63,950 nucleotides of DNA, filler included, from Octopus bimaculoides (GCF_001194135.2; 5 parts of 5 records of this genome joined end to end with filler, not necessarily neighbours in it), one strand, 5' to 3'; numbered from the whole stretch's first letter, positions 38,130-50,928 are shown. The notes: generated by a model not told the origin, from the sequence alone. Translations and numbers: made by a program.

Positions 38130-39063
38130 GAAAATAAATAAGTAAATGAGTGGAAATCAGACCGGTGAGTGTGTTAAATTAATAAGGCACTAAAAGAGAA
38201 CGACTCTCCTCAGACACAATAATATATATATATATATANNNNNNNNNNNNNNNNNNNNNNNNNNNNNNNNNNNNNNNNNNNNNNNNNNNNNNNNNNNNNN
38301 NNNNNNNNNNNNNNNNNNNNNNNNNNNNNNNNNNNNNNNNNNNNNNNNNNNNNNNNNNNNNNNNNNNNNNNNNNNNNNNNNNNNNNNNNNNNNNNNNNNN
38401 NNNNNNNNNNNNNNNNNNNNNNNNNNNNNNNNNNNNNNNNNNNNNNNNNNNNNNNNNNNNNNNNNNNNNNNNNNNNNNNNNNNNNNNNNNNNNNNNNNNN
38501 NNNNNNNNNNNNNNNNNNNNNNNNNNNNNNNNNNNNNNNNNNNNNNNNNNNNNNNNNNNNNNNNNNNNNNNNNNNNNNNNNNNNNNNNNNNNNNNNNNNN
38601 NNNNNNNNNNNNNNNNNNNNNNNNNNNNNNNNNNNNNNNNNNNNNNNNNNNNNNNNNNNNNNNNNNNNNNNNNNNNNNNNNNNNNNNNNNNNNNNNNNNN
38701 NNNNNNNNNNNNNNNNNNNNNNNNNNNNNNNNNNNNNNNNNNNNNNNNNNNNNNNNNNNNNNNNNNNNNNNNNNNNNNNNNNNNNNNNNNNNNNNNNNNN
38801 NNNNNNNNNNNNNNNNNNNNNNNNNNNNNNNNNNNNNNNNNNNNNNNNNNNNNNNNNNNNNNNNNNNNNNNNNNNNNNNNNNNNNNNNNNNNNNNNNNNN
38901 NNNNNNNNNNNNNNNNNNNNNNNNNNNNNNNNNNNNNNNNNNNNNNNNNNNNNNNNNNNNNNNNNNNNNNNNNNNNNNNNNNNNNNNNNNNNNNNNNNNN
39001 NNNNNNNNNNNNNNNNNNNNNNNNNNNNNNNNNNNNNNNNNNNNNNNNNNNNNNNNNNNNNNN

Positions 39064-39097
<34 letters not shown>

Positions 39098-39399
39098 AAT
39101 GTTCACTTGCACGTAATATTACAAGAAAAAGAAAATATTTTCTGCTATATTAAGACAAAATACATTTGTTTAGGATTACGAAAGATACTCATAGGATTTG
39201 TATTGGTAAAATATATAAAATGGAAGCATTAGCAGCAACAGCAGAAGCAATAGATGTAATTGGTAGTAACAGTAGCAATAGCAGTAGTAGAATAAAAAGA
39301 AGGAAGAGAAAATATGCTAATAAAAAATAATAGTGATATGGTATCTGACTATTAATTACTTTCATTTGAATATCTTCAGTATTAAGGGCATGTAAAGAA

Positions 39400-39861
39400 T
39401 TTTAACTGGAAAATTTTTCCTCTCTCCAAATTTCTTTAAAGATTGTGGTATGGTAGGTGATGCCCTGAAAATGTTAGACGAGCGACAGGGAGCAGTCGAG
39501 GGACATGACCAGAAATGAAAGAGGAAGTGATATCACGTGAGGAAGAGACAGGCCTATTTTGGAGCAAAGGGGCTGATCGGAACTGACATGCGGTTAGAGT
39601 CTGCGTATTTTAGCTTCTGAACAGTGCTTGGGGTGGTAAGGGTCTCTGAATTGCATAGCAAGTTCAAGTTGGTAATGGAGGAGTTCCCCTCGAAGTCTTT
39701 CAGATATGAAGGTTGGAGAATTGTTATCATTTAAAGTACAAAACTATTTCGGAGCCTTTTTTCTTTTGTCAACTTTGAACATGGTGACGAAAATGGTGAT
39801 TGATAGGCAGTGACATTCTCAGATATGAATGAAGACACCCGCGCATAGTACTGCATCGTTT

Positions 39862-39894
<33 letters not shown>

Positions 39895-40420
39895 AGAAGA
39901 AGAAGAAGAAGAAGAAGAAGAAGAAGAAGAAGAAGAAGAAGAAGAGAGTGGGGAGAAAGTGGAAGAGAGTAAGAGAGAGACAGAGATAGAGACGGAGAGA
40001 GGGGGAGAGAGAGGGGGAGAGAAAGGGGGAGAGAGAGGGGAGAGAAAGTGAGGCCAAGGTCACAAAGGGAGTGACATCTACCTAGATGCATGGATGGCTT
40101 CGAAATGGAATGAGAATATCATGAGGTGATGATTAGATCAGAGGGGCGCGAGACAACATGCGCTGAAGATGTCAGACAACTGGAAAGTAACAGCCAAGGA
40201 ACATGATCAGAGATGAGAGAGAGGAAGTGACGTCAGAAGAGTCAGGTTTGAGTAGCCTTTTTGGATTAAGAGGGTCGGTATGAACAGATGTCTAGTAGAA
40301 ATTTCTGCGTATTGTAGCTTCTGACAAATGGTTGGGGGGTAGTGATAGTCTTTGAATTGCATAGCAAGTTCAATTATTGAGAAGTTCTCTTCGAAGTCGT
40401 TTCCAGAGAATTTTTATCCT
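39400..40420 (-). mobile_element. Two tandem, heavily decayed copies of a probable CR1/L2-type LINE endonuclease region
   Basis: 39530-39710 and 40225-40410 are diverged direct repeats (TCTGCGTATT.TAGCTTCTGA, TGAATTGCATAGCAAGTTCAA); minus strand gives PDSSDV.SSLISDHV..LLSS, loosely APE-like. Confidence 0.4.
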
Positions 40421-41183
40421 TTATACTACAGTGATATACTGATCTTCTTAATTTCTATGAATTATAGTGTATTTTATTTCATATAAACAATTTAGTTATT
40501 ACAAATTCATTTTAGCCCTTTAAAGAACAAAATCTGTTACTTTCACGTTTTTTATATTTCTTAACAGTATGAAGTGCCAACACTTTTACAAACTAGTCAT
40601 TGACACGATTCCATTGCATGGAACAGTGTCAGTAGTGACAAAACTGCAGACATTTAATTATCTTAAAAAAACAAACAAAGATTACACATATCATCTGATT
40701 AAAAATGTAGGACTCTTTGGAATCTAAAATCATATTCGAAATATTTATGCAAAATTGAAGAAAAACACTCAAAAGCAATTTCCTGTACTTTTACAGGAAA
40801 TGAATTCAAAGGAAAAGCAAATGAATGTAAATCGATAAATCACAAGAGTGTTGATTAAATATTTTTTAGGCGTAATATACAAACTCGTTAGCTTTAAGAG
40901 TTGTTTAATCTCTTCAAATCTTATCTTTAATCACTCATAATAATACATAAAAAGAGGTTTATATTCTCGAACAGATCGTGTGTCATGTGTTATTTAATTT
41001 GTACTGCACTTGATTTTCTTTTATGAACTATTTTTTTTGCTAATAAATGTTTCAGTTTAGGAAAACAGTAGATTAAAATTTAAATTATTCACTTAATACT
41101 TACTGTTCCAAAATAACGACACTTACACAGATGAAAACAGACACGCAGACACAGACACAGACACAGACACAGACACAGACACA

Positions 41184-41218
<35 letters not shown>

Positions 41219-41299
41219 GCACACAGCGGGTACGTAAGGTATTTGAGGTCATACCTTTTTTGGGTCATTGCGGTATTTTTTTCCCTACTCCGTATAATC

Positions 41300-41705
41300 T
41301 TTGTTTCAGAAAATAACAATGGCAGACACTCAGCTTACTCAAGAAATAAAGAGGCATGCTGTTATTGTGGTTACAAAGGCTGAGCATAGCGATTTAGAAA
41401 TATCTCCATTTTTAAAAGTTGCCAGATCTTTCGTCTACAAAGTTTGTAAGGAACTAGGGACTGAAGATGGAAGCGTAACACGAGTATCAAAGCATAAAAA
41501 GCATTCTAAACACTCTGAAAACACCAGAACACCTGAATTTATCCAACAAGTTCAACAGTACCATTGATTACAATCCCAGAAAGTCCATGAGATTAATTGC
41601 AAAAGATCTTAATATGTAAGAAGGAACAGTCAGAAATGTTATCCATGAAGACATCAGATATAAATCTTATATGATGAGGAAAGGTCAATTTGTCAGAAAA
41701 AGCAA
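41300..41705 (+). mobile_element. Tc1/mariner-superfamily transposase N-terminal remnant (maT/DD37D-like)
   Basis: KRHAVIV...EISPFLKVARSFVYKV...RTPEFIQQVQ..DYNPRKSMRLIAKDLN..GTVRNVIHEDIRYKSYMMRKGQF (HTH region, frameshifted). Confidence 0.7.
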
Positions 41706-41954
41706 AAGAAAATCACTACAACTATGGGATGGGCTGCACGAGAGGCACATCACTTGGTTTGGATGGTCTACCCTACGAACTTTATATTTATATGCCAGAC
41801 TTGTTTGGCGGCCTCTTAGCAGATATCTACTGCAAATGGTAGCAGAACGGGAGAATTGTCGTCGATGCGCAAACAAGCAGATCTATCCACGACAATCTCC
41901 ACCTCATGTAATACATCATAAACAGGGTGAGTAAAAAAGCTGGCATGGGTGAAT

Positions 41955-42240
41955 CATTTAAAAGCCTTCAATAATGTTGGCCGTCTTTACAGCGGTCACT
42001 TTCGGACCCGTTTTCCTTGGCTGGGCGCTGCAGTATAGAGCGATAACTGCTCTGTAGTTCGGGTGAATGATTGCCTATCGGAACAATTCAGCATTATGCG
42101 TTCGGTTCGTCAAGGGTGTCTCCTCCAGTCTCTTTTGTATGCACTGGTTCTGGAGTCTCTACTTAAAATATTGGAGATATTGAGAGGCATTCCACGCGAA
42201 CTAGGACGCGGGAGAACAGCGTCGGCGTATGCATGCGAGT
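41955..42240 (+). mobile_element. L1/Tx1-clade LINE reverse-transcriptase fragment
   Basis: KAFNNV...VRVNDCLSEQFSIMRSVRQGCLLQSLLYALVLESLL...ASAYA (decayed RQGCPLSP and YADD motifs). Confidence 0.75.
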
Positions 42241-42459
42241 TCAAATACGACAGAGGTCGACTTTGACTTTCGAGAGCGATAAAACAAGTACCAGTTGAGA
42301 TTTTGCCTTTCGGGATCGATAAAATAAGTACCAGTTGAGACTAAGATCGATGTAATTAACTAACCCCGATCCCGACAAATTTCAGGCCTTGTGCTTATAG
42401 TAGAAAGGATATTATTATTACTACTGCAATATTTCTCTGAGGAAAGGTAATATTATTAT

Positions 42460-43322
42460 CACGTATATTATTTCAGCATATATGATTTCATCATCACTGC
42501 GATACTGGTTTCTAGGCAAGTGATTTTTCATGTTGGAGAGCAGATGATAGTCAGATAGGGTCAAATAAAGAGAATAGGGAAGGTGATCAACCAGTTCACA
42601 GCCACAGTCACGCACAGCAGCCGTTGAAAGCAAGGACTTGTATGCTGGAGCATTGTCCTGATGAAACAAAACTCCTTTCGTTAGTTTTCCTTGAGGTTTG
42701 GTCTTCACAGGTTGCTTGAATCTGTCTCAAATAATGTCAGATTTTTCAGTAACATGACCAGTCTGATGCGCTTTTGATCAGGTCAGAAGACGTAGTACCT
42801 GCCGAACAGAAACTTTCGTCATGCCAAATTCCTTGTGCAGAATATTCTCAACTCTCTCACAGGATATGCTAATAGCATTAACTATTGATTTATAGCCAAT
42901 TGCTTGCCATCCATCACCAAGTGGTGAACACAATGTTTTCCTCGGTGGTGGCAGCTGCAATACGTCCAGACCTTGGGTTATCTTCAAGAATCTCCCTTCC
43001 TCCCCTAAATCCAGTTGCCTACTTTTGCACTGTTGATTAAGCCGGAGCGTTATCACCTTAGCAAGCTTACCAGCATGAATGTCCTTGGGAGCTAAACCCT
43101 TTTTTCTGCAAGTACTTGATAACATGACGATTTAGTCGATTTTCAAGAGAAGTCACTACTAGTTACATTTGAAGTTTTCTTTGAACAATCAGATGTGAGA
43201 TTACCTAGAAAGAAACGATGCAGTTATTAACAAGAAGGGTTGAAATTAATGCATGCAAGATTTCACAGTCCTAGCATTATTCCTTCATAGTTAGACTATG
43301 AACTTTTCCGCACACCCTCGTA
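42460..43322 (-). mobile_element. mariner transposon, 3'-truncated and decayed
   Basis: TIR TA-CGAGGGTGTGCGGAAAAGTTC ending at 43322; GLAPKDIH, KVSVRQV, GVLFHQDNAPA, LVDHLPYS..LTLSDYHL motifs. Confidence 0.9.
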
Positions 43323-43597
43323 TATTATGTAAATAGTTTGGAAGATTAAACAATATATTCTAAAATAAATGAAGATACCTTATGAATATTTTATTATTTG
43401 AAAGGAAAAAAATGAACATTTCACTAACACTTTATTAATGATTTCGAAATTCAAATTTACCAAAACAAAATTAGGAAAACAAAATAACTGCTTTTTTTCT
43501 GAAGGAAATATATTTTTCTTTTAAAATCTCGTTTCGGTTTTCAACTTAATAGAGTTAGTGCTTAACTCTAAATACAGCTGGATAAATATATTTATGA

Positions 43598-43960
43598 TAA
43601 CTAGCGGGACCCGTGAATATTTAACGGAATTAATGGTAAACCTATTGCGTTATTTTTGAAAACCTTATCCAAAAAGCCTTAAAGCGTAGCTTGAGTTATG
43701 TCTGTATGGAAAGATAGTCGCTCATCGAAAGTGAAAGAAACTGGAAAACGATCATTACTTAATGCACTTTATAAATGCACTCTATATACTTTATGCACAC
43801 TTTTATAGACTTAATACAAGGCACTCATAAAATAAATATTCACTATTTTTCCCATTGAAAAATATCCCGTTCATCGATACAACCTTTAGTTGAATTGCAT
43901 ATATCTGCCATGTAAATAAGCGTGAATATTTCACGGAATTGCACTTTTGCGCATGTGTTA
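43598..43960 (+). mobile_element. Possible non-autonomous Helitron-like element
   Basis: Starts AACTAGCGGGACCCGTGAATATTTAACGG; the CGTGAATATTT.ACGGAATT hairpin recurs at ~43921. Confidence 0.3.
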
Positions 43961-45074
43961 AGTTATAGGTGATATAAAAAACTTAGTTCAGTTAAAAAAA
44001 AATACACTTTTCACTATCCAACCACCACCACCACCACCACNNNNNNNNNNNNNNNNNNNNNNNNNNNNNNNNNNNNNNNNNNNNNNNNNNNNNNNNNNNN
44101 NNNNNNTCCGCCTCCGATTATTAAATGAGATGGGTGAAAAATTCTCGACTTGCCTATACTCTCCTAAATATCTATTTTATAAATACCATTAATCATTCTT
44201 TAATTATTAATATCACTATTGTTAAGTTCCTTATTAACCATAAATACTTTTACTAAATTTGAAACAATTAATTAGATCTTTATTAGAATCAGCATTTATA
44301 TCAATATTTTATACAATATAAAATATATATCTTGCCTAAATATACTTATTTCTAACATATGCATAATATATATAAATGGTTATATTCCAACAATCATTCA
44401 ATTTTATTTTCTTCGTAATATATATAAATGACATCTCCTTATCGATAAATTTCTAGCATATGCATTATTTCTTTCTTATTTTTACAGAGTAAATTAAATT
44501 ATATTATAATTCATATTTGTTAAATTATCTTTAAATATCAACACTTGGTTTAACTATTAAATAGTTCTAATCTAATCTACCTTAGCAAACTGCGTTTTTC
44601 TTTATATAACGTAATACACTATTCCTACATATAATGAAATGATCTCCAATTTATTTATTTAGTTAATAATTAATAATTACATACATATTATGCCACATTA
44701 TAACAAATACTCAATATATGCTCCCATATCTTCAACTACATTTTACTTCATTATATTTTATTCTGTTTCTCTACACTCCCTCGTTTAACTTTTCTCTTTA
44801 TTTGACCTCTTAACTGATCAATTCTAAATATTAAACTTCCCATAACATAACTCTAACAACTTAACCTTTCTGATAATATATATACATATTTTGTGTGAAT
44901 ATACGCATATGTGTGTACAGGTGTAAATACGTACACATATATATTGAAGTACCCCTCCGCCACAGACACATACATATATACGAATGTATAAATACATAGA
45001 TATGAATATATACATTTTATATATTGACGACTAAGTGTTCACATGTAAGGCTTTTAAGATATATATCATAACGG

Positions 45075-45200
45075 TTGTATCTCTGATGAGATTCTGCCCC
45101 ATATAGTTGAAAATGATGACCAATTCTTAGCTTATGACCCTCTCCTAATGCTTAGAATTATTAATCACCTAGGGGCATGAATCGAAACATTTGTTTGGGG
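45075..45200 (+). ncRNA. Hammerhead ribozyme with long stem II, partly decayed
   Basis: CTGATGA (45083-89) GATTC TGCCCC ...71 nt... GGGGCA t GAATC GAAAC A tt T GT T; stem I not recoverable. Confidence 0.6.
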
Positions 45201-45454
45201 TTTTGGCATCTTCCATTTCTTTTAGAGCTTTATAATTTATTTGTATTGCTTTTATAAAAAAATCTTTCCCCCTTATATCATACAAATAAATTATCTATAC
45301 ACCCATAATTCTCCATTTTCTTCCTTTCATCATTACAGAGAGACACACATATAGATATATACATATATACATACATGCATGCATACATATAAAACATATA
45401 TCTGTATAATTATATATATGCGTATACATATGAGTACATCAGTATATGTATATA

Positions 45455-46318
45455 TACGAGGTGCGTTCGAAAAACATCCGGCTTTATTTTCTTTTGCGAA
45501 AACTAAAGTAGTGTGGATAAAATCCTTCGGATGGGAGATGACGCACATGCTTGCACATGTTTGAAAACTTTTGCACCAGTAGACCGTGTGAGTTCCCGCC
45601 TGTTACACCTAGAGTACAGATATGTAGTGCGCTCTCGTCTGATTCTCGTTTTCACCGAACGCATCGAGCAGAGGTATTGAATGAAGTTTTGTCAAAATCT
45701 TAGTGATATTCAAGCTTCAACCATCCAGAAGATTCAGGAAGCCTTTCGCGATGATGCTATGGGCAAAACACAGATCAAGGAGTGGTACAACTGCATCAAA
45801 CATGACTGTACCTCTGGTACCTCAGGTAGGTGATCCACAAGCAGAAACGAAGAGCTGATTCAGAAGGTTCAGCGAAGACTGTCGTGTAACAATCCAGGAA
45901 ATCGCTCACGAAATGGGAATAAGCACAGAATCAGTGCATTTTACCGGAGGATTTGTGCATGTGGAGAGTGTCGGCGAAATTCACTCTCGAGGTGCTGGCG
46001 GAGCAGCAGAAGCAATTTCACAAAGAAATCGCTCAGGACATGCTGGCCTGTGCAAACCACGATCCAGACTTCATGAACACCATTATCACTGGTGGTCAGA
46101 TATGGGTTTATGGTCTCTGCTCGATGCTTTCGGTCATCTTGCATGAAAACGAAAATCCAACGAGCGCACGCAACACGTCTGTACATTAGGCGTAACAACC
46201 GAGAATTGATGCGGCCTACAGGCGCAAAACTTTTCCCCTCATGCGCAGAAAAGGTGGCCTCCCACAGCATTAGTTTTGTGGGGAAAAAATGTCGGATACT
46301 TTTTGAACACACTTTGTA
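45455..46318 (+). mobile_element. mariner transposon with both TIRs, internally deleted
   Basis: Left TA-CGAGGTGCGTTCGAAAAACATCCG, right CGGATACTTTTTGAACACACTTTG-TA; RVSAKF...DPDFMNTIITGGQIWVYG; 864 bp, later catalytic region missing. Confidence 0.9.
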
Positions 46319-46908
46319 TATAATAAAAATAGACATGCGAAATCAATCAAATATACTCGGTATATGTCGCACTGAATTTATTATCTACCATACATCAATA
46401 GTACACCTTCATAATTTGATTCAAGTTTGTGTACGTAAAATGAATCTAATTAGAAATGATAAAGGAAGGTTAAATCTTGTTCAAGTACAGAGATAGTATT
46501 CCATCTAACAATTCAGCAGAAAAAGAATATGTAAGAAGTTTAAATCTTATTCTGATAAGATACTGTCCTTTCATTCAAATTGTTCAAATACTTAGACAAT
46601 ATTATATATTTCAACGAAGAAATATATAATGAAATGGAAAGACATATTATAAATATTTAATTATTTAAAAATATTCGTTATTTTATCAAAACTTTTATAA
46701 TTTGGAAATTGTATACGTTCACCAATAACATCCTCTTTTAGAAAACATAATTAGCTTATTTGTAGTAGCCAGCGTCTCACTCGTGTATAAGAGCTCAGGA
46801 AGAGACTGTCTATCTGTCTGAATACAGCGATGGTGACTTTCCATGAAACAACAATCGTGACAAACTACCTCCCTGAATTATATAATATTAATAACGATAA
46901 TAATAATG

Positions 46909-46982
<74 letters not shown>

Positions 46983-47070
46983 TGCTGTGGGACCATTGTT
47001 AAAATATACGAAGGCCGGCATCATCAAGACTGAAAACTGTGTAATGAAAGAAAAATTTAAGCAAGAAATG

Positions 47071-47115
<45 letters not shown>

Positions 47116-47139
47116 GCTCACTCACTCACACGCACAAGC

Positions 47140-47990
47140 ATGTAAGAAAAAAATGTACGGTCAGTTTGCAAGAGATGTGAACGCTAAGACAAATACAGAG
47201 GATCGGTGGCTATGGATAAGGAGGAGTAACCTGAAGTTAGAGACAGAAACACTCATATGCACAGATCAAGAACAAGCGTTAAGGAACAACTATCTGAAGT
47301 GCAGAATAGACTACCGACCGCAACAAATGCAGAATGTGTGGTGAGAGGCGTGAAACGGTATGGAACATCATTAACGAGTACCCGATATTGGTACAACGCG
47401 AATATAAAAGACGCTATAACAATATGACAAGAATGATCCGGTAGGAGCTTTGTGGAAATCACGGCCTACAAAGAGCAAAGACGTGGTATGAGAAAACCTC
47501 AGAAGGTGTCACCGAGAATGAGAATTGCAAAATCCTGTGGGATACAATTATCCAGTGCGATCACCTGACCAGACACCGAAAACCGGACGTTGTTGTGGTG
47601 AATAAAAAAGAAAGAACATGCATGATAATCGACAGAGCATTCCACGGTGACAACAGGATCAATGTGAAAGAAGAAGAAAAAATAAACAGCTATGACGATT
47701 TGAAGTGGGAAACACGAAGGTTGTGGTCAATGAGGAGAGTTGACGTAATATCAATAGTAATCAGGGCACTTGAAACTATCAGCACTCAACTACCAACATG
47801 GTTAAAAAAAGATTGGTGCAAGTGTGAAGGTAGAACGCCTACAAAAATCAGCATTGCTTAGAACTGCAAGAATTCTTCGCAGAGTTCTTGAAGCATGACC
47901 AGTAAGCAAGTGTCACTTTAGTCTGATGCTTGTGGACAGCTGACACTTTCCATCATACCCAGCAAAATAAGCAGTATTTTTTTTAACAAA
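47140..47990 (+). mobile_element. R4/Dong-clade non-LTR retrotransposon 3' part (CCHC knuckle and restriction-like endonuclease) ending in (TAA)n
   Basis: MYGQFARDV...LKLETETLI..QEQALRNNY; CRMCGE..ETVWNI; ILWDTIIQCDHLTRHRKPDVVVVNKKERTCMIID...KEEEKINSYDDLKWE; (TAA)n 47990-48100. Confidence 0.85.
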
Positions 47991-48043
47991 TAATAATAAT
48001 AATGATAATAATAATAATAATCATGATCATGATGGTAATAATG

Positions 48044-48099
<56 letters not shown>

Positions 48100-48101
<2 letters not shown>

Positions 48102-48800
48102 ACCTGGCTCTCCATTCAAACACAAATCTAATCTAATAACATCGGTAGAACGGGATAAAGGAACATGTGGAAGACTTGAAGGAAGCGGCCTTTTAACGAA
48201 AATAATAAAAAAAAAAAAACGAAATTTTATTGCCATAATACTTACACGCACATGAAAACACGTGTCACAAACGAAGCAAAAGCAAAACAAATAAACAAAC
48301 AAAACAAAATATTTTTTTATTTTTCGAACTAACACAGACAAAGTGAACGATTCATAAGTTTAAAAATACTGCAAAAAGCTATGTCCAGAGATAAATCTAT
48401 CAACAAAAATACAGACGAATACAGATCTGTTAGCCTTAAGAAGCTACGTTACGAGCAATGTTTTCATGCAGAGAACTCAGAGGCGGTGTTGTCTCAAAAA
48501 ATTGACCCTAAACAGACAAATCCGCCCCCTAATGTCAACGTCGAAGCTCCATTATGCCTCAATGATAGCAAAAGCGAAATACAAACCGAATCCGCTGTCA
48601 CTCGGAACACCAAGAACCGCTTACTCGAATGAGGAACGAGATTCGATCCGAAAAATCAGCTACTGGTTCAAATCTTCCCGAAACAGGAGCTGGAAGTACC
48701 TCACAACCGGAATATTCGAACAGTACCTCACAACCGGAATACTCCATCCATGCTCATAATCAAACAACCAAAAGAAAAGAAATGAAAAGATAAGGCTACT
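48100..48800 (+). mobile_element. R4/Dong-like element 5' fragment (copy 1), cut by (AAT)n(AAC)n
   Basis: Diverged direct repeat of 48872-49670 (shared GGATAAAGGAAC.TGTGGAAGACTTG start, ATGAAAACACGTGTCACAAACGAAGC, CAAATCTTCCCGAAAC). Confidence 0.7.
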
Positions 48801-48871
48801 GAATAATAATAATAATAATAATAATAACAACAGCAACAACAACAACAACAACAACAATAATAATAATAATT

Positions 48872-50800
48872 GGATAAAGGAACCTGTGGAAGACTTGTAG
48901 GAAGCGGTCTTTTAACAGAAATAAAAAAACGAAATTTTGCTGCCGTACAAAGCAAAGTTTCTCCTATGCACGATGTCTCAGTGAAACATGTGCGAACCAC
49001 ACACGCGAAATCAACACTGGAAAGTTTCCAAATTATAAAATAGGAATGGAACAAAACAGTAAGTACATAAATTGAGTAATTATGCATACACTCGAATGTC
49101 TACACAATCATATATATATTTTGATGCCCATAAGATTACATATACATCTTAATGTTTACACAACTACGTGAAATTTACAGGACACATATTCACGCATATG
49201 AAAACACGTGTCACAAACGAAGCAAAAAGCAAAAAACAAAAAACAATTTTTTATTTTTCGAACTAACACAGACAAAGTGAACAATTCAAAATTATGCTCG
49301 GAGATAAATCTATCAAAAAAAAAAAACAGACAAATACAGATCTGTTAGCTTTAAGAACGTTTACATGCAGAGAACTCGGAGACGGTGTTGTCTCGAAAAA
49401 TCAACCCTAAACAGAGAGATCCGTCCCCTAATGTCAACGTTCAAGCTCATCATGCCTCGATAACAAATGCAAGATACGAACCGAATCGGCTGTCACCCGG
49501 AACACCAAAGAGCACATACTCGAATGAGGAACCAGATTCGATCCGAAAACTCAGCTACTAGTTCAAATCTTCCCGAAACACAGGAGCTGGAAGCACCCCA
49601 CAACCGGAATATTCCAACAGATGGCCATCTATTCTCGTAATCAAATAACCAAAAGAAAAAGAATGAAAAATGGTCTAGGAGTTCTTACGGTCTTCTACCA
49701 TGTCATATATTCCCCCACAAATAAATCTAATACTGTACAAACCTACTTAAACTGGACCCAGACACACCTTGAAGTAAGACCCTACAGAGACAGTAACAAA
49801 CTTGCCAACGTCAGAAGAAACATTATGAAAAAGAAATTACTAACTGAAGTAGAGATTGACCAAATTAAACAAGCAGTAAGGGATAAAAGGAACGAAGCTA
49901 CAGCTAAAGAAGACACTGCAGAGGAAATAATTATAAACCAGCCCAGAGCTGATGAAAATGCAATAATGACTGAAAGAGTTGATGTAACTGATAGGCAAAG
50001 GGAACTACTCTCTGAACCAACCTTAAACACTAAGGCAGATGAAAATCAAATAAATGAAGAAAGTCACACAGAAACTGACCTAACAGAACTACATGATTTA
50101 AAAAATCACATCATGATTAAAAAAATCACATCATGATTGAATGGCTGAAAAGTAAAGTAAAGAAACCAGTATGAATGAACGCGACACTCCCAAAAATTCG
50201 CAATTCTAACTAAAACCTGAAAATAATTGGTAAAATCCACCTTGCACTTAAGGATATAATTTCAGCTAATGATGTTGATATTACAGATCTCAACCATCTG
50301 TACTATGTATCCACGAAAATCTCAACGATTCTATGTGGTGAAAAGATTAGAAAACGACAACATTCCCACAAAAAGCCTTCTTAGCAAGAGCGTATTCAAC
50401 ACCAAATTAAGCTACTCAGGTCTGACTATCAAACCTACAAAACCCCGAAAATTAAAGAAAGAATATAATATGAAAACCATATTTGACATTGATACTACCA
50501 TAGAAACCATCAAGCAAAAAGTATGTGCTAAAAATGCCCGCATGGCAAAGTATGAAAAGTGCGTTAAATTCTTCAAGGACATGTTCAAAAATAACTCCCC
50601 AAATTTTTACAGGACGATAGGGAAAATACCATTTACAGTAAAGTATGTCCCATCAAAAGAAGAAGTGCAGGAATTTTGGAATAAAATTTGGGCAGAAGAA
50701 AAAACACAAGGAAAAGGCCCCTTGGATTAATAGAATATCTACAGACTTAGATTCCTTAGAAGAGCAAAAATGGGAGGGTGTCAAGGTAGAAGATATATAA
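48872..50800 (+). mobile_element. R4/Dong-like element 5' region and ORF N-terminus (copy 2), broken by stops and frameshifts, runs into a gap
   Basis: KLANVRRNIMKKKLLTEVEIDQIK; IKQKVCAKNARMAKYEKCVKFFK..FKNN..NFYRTIG...PSKEEVQEFWNKIW, typical pre-RT region of R4-clade ORFs. Confidence 0.8.
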
Positions 50801-50872
50801 TCTCCTCCTCCTCCTCCTCCTCTCCTCCNNNNNNNNNNNNNNNNNNNNNNNNNNNNNNNNNNNNNNNNNNNN

Positions 50873-50884
50873 TTAATTAATTAA
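50873..50884. other. Assembly gap pad TTAATTAATTAA (also at 27601, 60249, 62285)
   Basis: Identical 12-mer embedded in N runs four times; stops in all six frames. Confidence 0.9.
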
Positions 50885-50928
50885 NNNNNNNNNNNNNNNN
50901 NNNNNNNNNNNNNNNNNNNNNNNNNNNN

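Larger units (their letters stand above)
37145..38221. mobile_element. ~1.08-kb inverted repeat: two pseudo-LTR copies around a microsatellite-rich spacer
   Basis: 37145-~37450 is the diverged reverse complement of ~37900-38221 (TATTGTGTCT...AGACACAATA; shared GAGAGTC.TTCTCTTTTAG and CTAAAATTTTCGT blocks). Confidence 0.8.
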
